A DNA stretch of 64,000 nucleotides from Solirubrobacteraceae bacterium (GTDB lineage Bacteria; Actinomycetota; Thermoleophilia; Solirubrobacterales; Solirubrobacteraceae): NCBI GenBank assembly GCA_035566835.1, contig DATMQG010000039.1, positions 1,524 to 65,523 of the forward strand, read 5' to 3'. Shown piece by piece: positions 57,607 to 64,000 of the stretch; positions within the stretch are counted from its first letter, which is position 1; every line of letters begins with the position of its first letter. The notes beneath the pieces are model-generated. The model had not been told where the DNA came from. It saw only the letters and a list, made by a program, of their open reading frames with translations, and did no database searches. The translations under genes and the position numbers were made by a program.

Positions 57607-58335
57607 TCAAGACTCGGCTGCCCGGCCGAGGAGGAACGCCTCCGTCTCGAGGAGCGCGGGCGTCGTGCCGATCTCGTAAAAGCGCTCGCTCGCCTCGAAT
57701 CCCAGCAGCTCGCGGCGCCCAGCGAGCCGTTCGTATAGCACCGCCAGATCGCTCTCCGAGGCCGGCACTCGCTCGAGCGCGCGCGCGGTGAGGCCACCGA
57801 GGCCGTAATCGATCCACTGCATCTCCGGCGTGGGGGAGCGCTTGTCGTAGCGGAGCACGACGCCGTCGCGATAGGTGACGTTCGAGGTGTCCCAGCGACC
57901 TTCGTTGCGCAGCACGGCCATCACCGCCAGCAGGCCGCTCTCATGCCAGGCGCGGGCGACGGCCGCGTAATCGATGCGCAGGTAGGTGTCACCGTACAGC
58001 ACGAGGAAACGCTCTCCGAGCAGCGGCAGCGCGCGCCGAATGGCGCCGAGCGTGCCGTCCGCTCCAGCGACAGCGTCGAAGCTGTAGCGGATCCCCATGC
58101 CAAAGCGCTCGCTGCCGATCCGCGCCTCGATCTGCTCGCCCAGGTAGCCGACGCACAACACGACCTCGCGCACGCCGTGCGCGGCGAGCAGGCGCAGCTG
58201 GTGGATCAGAAACGGCTCGCCCGCGACCTCAAGCAGCGGCTTGGGCGTATCGCGTACGCGCTCGCCCAGGCGCGTTCCCAGCCCTCCAGCCAGGATGCAC
58301 ACCGGCGGCAGCTCCTCCGCGCGGACGTCAGGCAC
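57607..58335 (-). CDS. Sugar-1-phosphate nucleotidyltransferase (HddC-like)
   Basis: ILAGGLGTRL, PKPLL, LYGDTY, EIGT; short single domain. Confidence 0.88.
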   Translation of the reverse strand: MPDVRAEELPPVCILAGGLGTRLGERVRDTPKPLLEVAGEPFLIHQLRLLAAHGVREVVLCVGYLGEQIEARIGSERFGMGIRYSFDAVAGADGTLGAIRRALPLLGERFLVLYGDTYLRIDYAAVARAWHESGLLAVMAVLRNEGRWDTSNVTYRDGVVLRYDKRSPTPEMQWIDYGLGGLTARALERVPASESDLAVLYERLAGRRELLGFEASERFYEIGTTPALLETEAFLLGRAAES

Positions 58336-58338
58336 CCC

Positions 58339-59376
58339 TCAGTCGTCCCACCCGTACCGGGACTCGACTATGTACTTCGGCCTGTGTCTGGACTCGTCAT
58401 AGATACGCCCGACGTACTCCCCGATCACACCTAGCGACAGCAGCTGGATGCCACTGAACAACGAGACCACGATCACGATCGTCGGGTTACCGACCGGGAA
58501 GCCGACGCCACCGAGCTTGAGACCCACGTAGACGGTTGCCAGCCCAAAGGCAAACGCCGCGAGGCCGATCCCCAGGAGCGAGATCAGATGCAGCGGGTAA
58601 CGGGAGAAGCCGACGATCCCGTTCAGCCCGATCACCAGCGAGCCCCAGAACCGGTTGTACTTGCTCGTTCCCGCCGCCCTCGGGTCGCGGTCGTAAAGGA
58701 CGCTCGTCTGGGGAAAGCCGACCAGACCCACCAGCCCGCGCAGAAAGCCGTGGCTCTCCTGCAGCGAGACGACGTTGTCGACGACGCGACGGCTCATCAG
58801 CCGGAAGTCACCCGTGTTCGGCGGTATCTCCACGTCGGCGATCCGTTTGATCATCCGGTAGCCGACGGCGGCGACGATGCGCTTGGGGATCGTCTCTCCC
58901 GCCCGCGTTCGCCGTTGCGCGTACACGACGTCGTGCCCGTCGCGCCACCGCGCGAGCAGCTCGGGGATCAGCTCGGGGGGATCCTGCAGGTCGCAGTCGA
59001 TCACGACCACCGCGTCGCCGCGGGCGGCCTCGAGCCCCGCGATCGTCGCCATCGGCTGGCCGAACCTGCGCGAGAAGCGCAGCATCTTCACGCGCGGGTC
59101 GCGATCGCACAGCTCTCGGATCAGCTGCTCGGTGCCGTCCGTGCAGGGATCGACGCTGAAGATCAGCTCCCAGTCGATGTGGAGCTGCCCCATGACCCTG
59201 CTGAGGCGCTCGTACACCGCGCCGATGTTGTCCTCCTCGTTGTATGCGGGAACGACGATGCTCAGCATGCCGCCAACCGAGCCGTCCATCGTGCCGATGG
59301 CGCTCTCCTGCTGGGCGGGCGTGCTCACGACGGCCTCCCGGCCGGTCGAGCCTCCCCGCTGCCCGGGCCCACTCAC
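58339..59376 (-). CDS. Polyprenol-phosphate glycosyltransferase (GtrB/ArnC-like GT2)
   Basis: VVPAYNEE, FSRRFGQ, IDCDLQDPP, TGDFRLMSR, two C-terminal TM, GEYVGRIY...RPKYIV. Confidence 0.92.
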   Translation of the reverse strand: MSGPGQRGGSTGREAVVSTPAQQESAIGTMDGSVGGMLSIVVPAYNEEDNIGAVYERLSRVMGQLHIDWELIFSVDPCTDGTEQLIRELCDRDPRVKMLRFSRRFGQPMATIAGLEAARGDAVVVIDCDLQDPPELIPELLARWRDGHDVVYAQRRTRAGETIPKRIVAAVGYRMIKRIADVEIPPNTGDFRLMSRRVVDNVVSLQESHGFLRGLVGLVGFPQTSVLYDRDPRAAGTSKYNRFWGSLVIGLNGIVGFSRYPLHLISLLGIGLAAFAFGLATVYVGLKLGGVGFPVGNPTIVIVVSLFSGIQLLSLGVIGEYVGRIYDESRHRPKYIVESRYGWDD

Positions 59377-60188
59377 GCGGGCTCCCGCGGGCGGGCGAGC
59401 ACGGTCAATCCACGGATCCCGAACGGCAGCTTCACGCCGTGGGCGAGCAGCCGCTCCTCGAAGCGGCAGGCCACGCGTCCCAGCGCGGAGTCCTTCGTGC
59501 GCCCGATGTCGTCTCGCACCTTGGCTTCGAGCGCCTCTCCTCGGAGCTGCTCATAGCGTCGGCGGTTGCGTTGCTTGACGGCCCAGAAGGCCGGATACAG
59601 CGGTGCGCCCAGGTGAATGTCCTCGATCACCTCGAACCCCACTGCAGCCGCCTTGCGCGCAAGCTCCCCGCTGGCGTAGCGGCGCTCGTGACCGAGAAAA
59701 CGGTCGTAGTAGTCGTAGTTGCCCGGACCGACGGGCACGACGATCACCGCGCGCGCGCCCGGGCGCAGGATCCGAAGGGTCTCCGCGAGCGCTCGCTCGT
59801 CGGCGGGGACGTGCTCGAACAGGTTGGCGCTCACGGCGCCGTCCACGCTCCTGTCCGCGAGCGGCAGCGCGCACGCGTCGGCCTGCAACAGCTCTGCGTC
59901 CGGCACGTTCTCGCGGGCCTTGCGCAGCCCTCCCGCCACGAGGTCCACGCCGACCAGGCTCGCGTCGGGGATGGCGCGGCGGAGGTCCTCCAGCAGGTAC
60001 CCGGTGGAGCAGCCGACATCGATGATCCGCGGACGCTGCGGCAATGGACCAACGCGAGCAAGGATCGCGCTACGGGTCCACACGTCGATGAAGTGCGTGC
60101 GGCTGCTCTCCTCGTGAAGCTCCTCGAGATCCTCCGACCAGTTGACCGCGTGCTCGGACGTCACGTGGCTGACGAACGGCTGGCTCAT
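59373..60188 (-). CDS. Class I SAM-dependent methyltransferase
   Basis: IDVGCSTG, NLFEHV, LRPGA, GHERRY; start MSQPFV at 60188. Confidence 0.88.
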   Translation of the reverse strand: MSQPFVSHVTSEHAVNWSEDLEELHEESSRTHFIDVWTRSAILARVGPLPQRPRIIDVGCSTGYLLEDLRRAIPDASLVGVDLVAGGLRKARENVPDAELLQADACALPLADRSVDGAVSANLFEHVPADERALAETLRILRPGARAVIVVPVGPGNYDYYDRFLGHERRYASGELARKAAAVGFEVIEDIHLGAPLYPAFWAVKQRNRRRYEQLRGEALEAKVRDDIGRTKDSALGRVACRFEERLLAHGVKLPFGIRGLTVLARPREPA

Positions 60189-61027
60189 ACGCGCGCCGGC
60201 TCCCCGACCGCGGCGAACAGCTCGCCGTCGATTCGTCGCAGCGTCGCCAGGTCGCGCTCCTCGGCGAGCCTGCGTCGGAAGCTCGCGTCGCGCCACGGGT
60301 CCCACTGCGCGGAGATCAGCTTGCCGGTGAACGGCGCATCGGGATCGCCCTGCAGCAGCTGGCAGACGAGCTCGGCCGCCTCGCTCGCCGGCACGCCGCC
60401 GCGCTCCAGCTCGGCGCGGGTGTGCTCGAAGTAGTCGGCGCCCGCGAGCTCGGGGCCCGCTGCGAGCGTGCTCTGGTGGATGTCGGTCGCCACGAAGCCG
60501 GGCGCCACGCAGTTGATTCGCACGCCCTGGCCGGCCAGCTCGACGGCGATGTTCTCGCTGAGGCGCGCCACGGCCGCCTTGGAGGCCGCGTAGGCGTCGA
60601 AGCGCACAAGCGGCGCGGTCGCGCCCCCGCCGCTGAACGTCACGACCGCGCCGCGAGACGCGAGCAGCCCCGGCAGGCACGCGCGGATCGCGAGCAGGGT
60701 GCCGAGAACATTGACCTCGAGCGTGCGGCGGAAGTCCGCCGCCGAGTAGCTGCCGATCGGGCCCACGGGATCGAGCACCGCGGCCGCGCACACGAGACCC
60801 TGAACGTCGCCGAGGCGCCCAGCAAGGCGCTCCCAGGCGCGCTCGTCGGCCACATCCATCGCAACCGCCTCGTGACCCTCGCCCGCAAGCCCGCCAACGG
60901 CCCGCTGCAGCGCCAGCTCATCGCGCGCGAGCAGCGCGACGCGCCAGCCCCGCTCGGCCAGCGCGTGCGCGGCGACGCGGCCGATTCCCCTCGACCCTCC
61001 GGTGATGAGGACGCGCCGGCGGCTCAC
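60185..61027 (-). CDS. SDR family oxidoreductase
   Basis: TGGSRGIG, SGGGAT, YAASK, NCVAPG. Confidence 0.9.
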   Translation of the reverse strand: MSRRRVLITGGSRGIGRVAAHALAERGWRVALLARDELALQRAVGGLAGEGHEAVAMDVADERAWERLAGRLGDVQGLVCAAAVLDPVGPIGSYSAADFRRTLEVNVLGTLLAIRACLPGLLASRGAVVTFSGGGATAPLVRFDAYAASKAAVARLSENIAVELAGQGVRINCVAPGFVATDIHQSTLAAGPELAGADYFEHTRAELERGGVPASEAAELVCQLLQGDPDAPFTGKLISAQWDPWRDASFRRRLAEERDLATLRRIDGELFAAVGEPARV

Positions 61028-62067
61028 CCGGGGACCGCCTCGCGTACCGGCACCGCCTCGCGCATGCGCGCGTAGGGTCCGGTCGCATAGGCCGCCTCGA
61101 CCTGTCCCCACGCGTAGCGGGCGTCGTTCAAGTCGCCGCACAGCGGGCGCTCCCCTCCGGCCTCGATCGCCTCGCGGAAGCTTGCCCACTCACGCTCCCA
61201 CGAGCGGTCCTCGTCGGGGTAGCAGATCTCCTGCAGCTCCGGCGGGCCCAACTCGGGGCTCATCTTGAAGATCCGCAGCCGCTGGGGCCCGTAGGAGCGA
61301 ACCAGCCCATCGACCTGGAGCTTGGCGGTGCGGCAGTAGATCTCCAGCGAGAAGAGGTTCTTCCACTCCGTCCAGCTCACGTGCAGCATCGCCCAGGGCT
61401 CGGTGCGCGACTGCGCCTCGCCCAGGATCAGCGCGGCGTTGTCCTCGACGGGGGTGTCCCAGAAGTGGGTGCGCAGCAGCGCCGAGTGAAATGGAAGCGG
61501 ACCGGCCAGCCAGTGGCTCAGGTCGAGCAGGTGCATGCCCTGGTCGACCAGCTCGCCGCCGCCCGAGCGCGCCGCGTCGGCGCGCCACTCGCGGTCATAG
61601 CCGACACGTCCGCCGTGCCCGTAGCGTGCGCGCAGGTGCATCAGCTTCCCATGGTGCCCGCCGCGGACCTCCTCGGCGGCACGGGCGATCCCCGGGTGAA
61701 AGCGGTGGTTGAAGCCGACCTTGACCAGGTGTCCGCTGGCACGCTGGCACTCGATCAAGCTGTCGATCTGCGCGCTCGAGACGCCGGCCGGCTTCTCCAC
61801 GAGCACGTGTGCCCCCGCCTGCAGCGCCCGCTCGGCGAGTCCCGCGAGCTGATCGTGCACGGTGGCGACGACGACGACGTCAGGACGCGTCGCGAGCAGC
61901 TGCCCCAGGGTCGCGCACGCCCTGGCGCCGTGGCGCTCGCAGAGGCCGCGTGCCGCCTGCTCGTTCACGTCGTAGCACGCCAGCAGCTCGTCGTCCGGTG
62001 CGAGCGCAGCCGCCCGCTTGGCTCCGATCAGCCCGCAGCCGACGATCGCCACACGCAGGCCGCTCAC
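61024..62067 (-). CDS. Gfo/Idh/MocA family oxidoreductase
   Basis: IVGCGLIG, HVLVEKP, VGFNHRFHP, GGGELVDQGMH, EDNA. Confidence 0.92.
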   Translation of the reverse strand: MSGLRVAIVGCGLIGAKRAAALAPDDELLACYDVNEQAARGLCERHGARACATLGQLLATRPDVVVVATVHDQLAGLAERALQAGAHVLVEKPAGVSSAQIDSLIECQRASGHLVKVGFNHRFHPGIARAAEEVRGGHHGKLMHLRARYGHGGRVGYDREWRADAARSGGGELVDQGMHLLDLSHWLAGPLPFHSALLRTHFWDTPVEDNAALILGEAQSRTEPWAMLHVSWTEWKNLFSLEIYCRTAKLQVDGLVRSYGPQRLRIFKMSPELGPPELQEICYPDEDRSWEREWASFREAIEAGGERPLCGDLNDARYAWGQVEAAYATGPYARMREAVPVREAVPG

Positions 62068-63050
62068 CTGTGCTCGCTGGCGTAGGCGCCGCCGAACTCG
62101 AAGTCGAACGCGAGCTCCGAGGCCCCCGCGGCGGCCATCGCCTCCCTGGTGTCCTCCGGCCGCGGGGCATAGACGAGCAGGAAGCCGCCTCCGCCGGCGC
62201 CGACCAGCTTGCCGCCGAGCACGCCGCTGCGACGCGCGAGCGTGTAGAGCCGGTCGATGTGCTCGTCGGTCATCCCCGGCGAGCGGCTGCGCTTGTGCTC
62301 CCAGTGCTCGTGCATGAGTTCTGCGTAGGCCTCCAGGTCACCGGCCATCAGCAACTCGCGGCTGCGCAGCCCGAGCTCCTTGGTGCGGTGCAGGTTCTCG
62401 ATCATCTCCTCATCGCCGGCCTTTGAGCGAGCGTCCTGATCGGACAGCACGGTGGCGGCCGCACGCGCCTCGCCGGTGAAGAACAGCAGCAGCTGGTCGC
62501 GCAGTCGCCTGAGCACGCCCGGCTCGAGCTCGAGCGGCTCGACGTCGACGACGCCGTCCCCATGGAAGGTGTAGGCGCAGATGCCGCCGTGCGCGGCTAC
62601 GTATGGGTCCTGCTTGCCCACCGGCTCGCGCAGCACGTCCATCTCGATATCGCACGCGGCCTCGGCCAGATCACCGGGGGTTATCGACGTCCGCCGCGCG
62701 TGGGCCAGCCCCTTGAGCAGGCAGACGGTGTAGGCGCCCGAGGAACCCATCCCGGTCCCAGCGGGCACGTCGGCCACCGAGGCGATCTCGAGCGGGTTGC
62801 CACGCCAGTGGCGCTGCAGTGTCTCGCGCAGGATCGGGTGCCGGATCTGCCCGATCTCGTCGACCTCCTCGAGCTCTGAGTACTTCATTCGGTAGCGCCG
62901 CTGGAAGGCCGTGTGCGTGAGCATGTAGACGTACTTGTCAATCGCCCCCGACACCAGAAAGCCGCCGTGCTCGCCATAGTAGGAGGGCAGGTCGGTGCCC
63001 CCGCCACCGAGCGAGATGCGCAGAGGGGCACGGCTGAAGATCACGCTCAT
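62064..63050 (-). CDS. GHMP kinase, heptose-7-phosphate kinase (HddA)-like
   Basis: RAPLRISLGGGGTD, PAGTGMGSSG, GKQDPY, GGKLVGAGGGGF. Confidence 0.88.
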   Translation of the reverse strand: MSVIFSRAPLRISLGGGGTDLPSYYGEHGGFLVSGAIDKYVYMLTHTAFQRRYRMKYSELEEVDEIGQIRHPILRETLQRHWRGNPLEIASVADVPAGTGMGSSGAYTVCLLKGLAHARRTSITPGDLAEAACDIEMDVLREPVGKQDPYVAAHGGICAYTFHGDGVVDVEPLELEPGVLRRLRDQLLLFFTGEARAAATVLSDQDARSKAGDEEMIENLHRTKELGLRSRELLMAGDLEAYAELMHEHWEHKRSRSPGMTDEHIDRLYTLARRSGVLGGKLVGAGGGGFLLVYAPRPEDTREAMAAAGASELAFDFEFGGAYASEHR

Positions 63051-64000
63051 CGCCTCTGCTCCTCGCTCATGAGGGGGACTCCGTCTGGCACCTCGCGCCA
63101 AGCGTAGTCGTTGGCCTGCAGCCACTCCACGGTGCGCACGATGGCCTGCTCGATCGTCAGCGTCGGACGCCACCCGAGCGCACGGATGCGCGCCGTGTCG
63201 AGATGGATCAGGGGACTGTCGCCGGTCCAGCCGCGCTTTCCGCCGGAGTGCACCACCTCGGGGGAGAGCGAGAGCTGCTCGGTGATGATCCCGATCGAGT
63301 CATCGACGATCACGGTCTCGTCGGTCCCGAGGTTGTAGACGTGTGCGCCGGGCTCGTCGTGATGACGCTCGGCCGCGGTCAGGATCGCGTCGATGCAGTC
63401 CCCCACGTATAGGTAGGACTTCTCCTGGCGGCCGTCGCCGAGTACCGGCAGGCGCGTGGGGTCGCGCTTGAGCGCACGGAAGAAGTCGAACACGTGCCCG
63501 TGCGTGTAGCGCTCGCCCAGGATCGAGACGAAGCGGCAGATCAGGCCCGTGAAGCCATATCCGCTCGCGTAGGCCTCGATCAGCCCTTCGCCCGCCAGCT
63601 TGGAGGCGGCGTAGAGGGAGGTCTGGACGGGGAAGGGGGCGTCCTCCGGGGTGGGGAACACCTCGGGCTCGCCGTACACCGAGCCGGTCGAGGAGAACAT
63701 GATCCGGCTCACGCCCTGGGCGCGCATCGCCTCGAGCACGTTCGAGGTGGCGATCGTGTTCTGCTCGAGGTCGCGTCGGGGATGCTCGAGGCCACGGCGC
63801 ACGTCGGCGTTGGCCTGTAGGTGAAAGACCCAGTCGCACCCCTCGAGCGCATCGCCCAGCACCTCGGAGTCGAGGACGTCGCCTTCGATGAGCCTCACCC
63901 CGGGTCGGCTCAGCGCCGCGGCGAGGAACTCGCGCCGTCCGCTGCGGAAGTCGTCGACGATCACGACCTCCACTCCGTCGGCGTTCAGCCGGTCGGCCAG
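63047..64000 (-). CDS. NAD-dependent epimerase/dehydratase, 5' end outside the window
   Basis: HLQANADVR, FSSTGSVYG, YAASK, THGHVFDF, LGDGRQEKSY. Confidence 0.9.
   Translation of the reverse strand: MADRLNADGVEVVIVDDFRSGRREFLAAALSRPGVRLIEGDVLDSEVLGDALEGCDWVFHLQANADVRRGLEHPRRDLEQNTIATSNVLEAMRAQGVSRIMFSSTGSVYGEPEVFPTPEDAPFPVQTSLYAASKLAGEGLIEAYASGYGFTGLICRFVSILGERYTHGHVFDFFRALKRDPTRLPVLGDGRQEKSYLYVGDCIDAILTAAERHHDEPGAHVYNLGTDETVIVDDSIGIITEQLSLSPEVVHSGGKRGWTGDSPLIHLDTARIRALGWRPTLTIEQAIVRTVEWLQANDYAWREVPDGVPLMSEEQRR

Overview
High-GC bacterial chromosomal segment, most consistent with Actinomycetota of the Thermoleophilia/Solirubrobacterales type (inferred from gene content, not from a marker gene). 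Positions 1-26 kb are mostly housekeeping: ABC exporter, fused acyl-CoA reductase, ABC-F, uvrC-rapZ-gap-pgk-tpiA-gpmI, a phosphoesterase/lipoprotein/Ser-Thr kinase operon, argS, a ccmH/tlpA pair, an HD protein and tRNA-Gly(CCC). Positions 33-43 kb hold metal and sulfate homeostasis genes (ZnuA-like, Fur/Zur, ZIP, Rrf2, sulfate ABC), two NodB deacetylases and a truncated GNAT toxin. The main accessory system is extracytoplasmic glycosylation. Six close paralogues of a ~600-aa GT-C-like membrane protein sit in two clusters of three (26.5-32.5 kb and 51.5-56.9 kb). The second cluster is co-oriented with a GtrA flippase, a GtrB-like GT2 and an HddA/HddC-like sugar-activation pathway with redox and methyl tailoring enzymes. 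The first cluster lies between tRNA-Gly and an unannotated, promoter-bearing 70-nt tRNA-like element with a non-canonical D arm. Other signals absent from the ORF track are an IS1182 relic, a candidate sRNA, several operator palindromes and many leaderless-type promoters. No CRISPR array, integrase or rRNA was seen. All family assignments come from motif recognition by eye; no searches were run.
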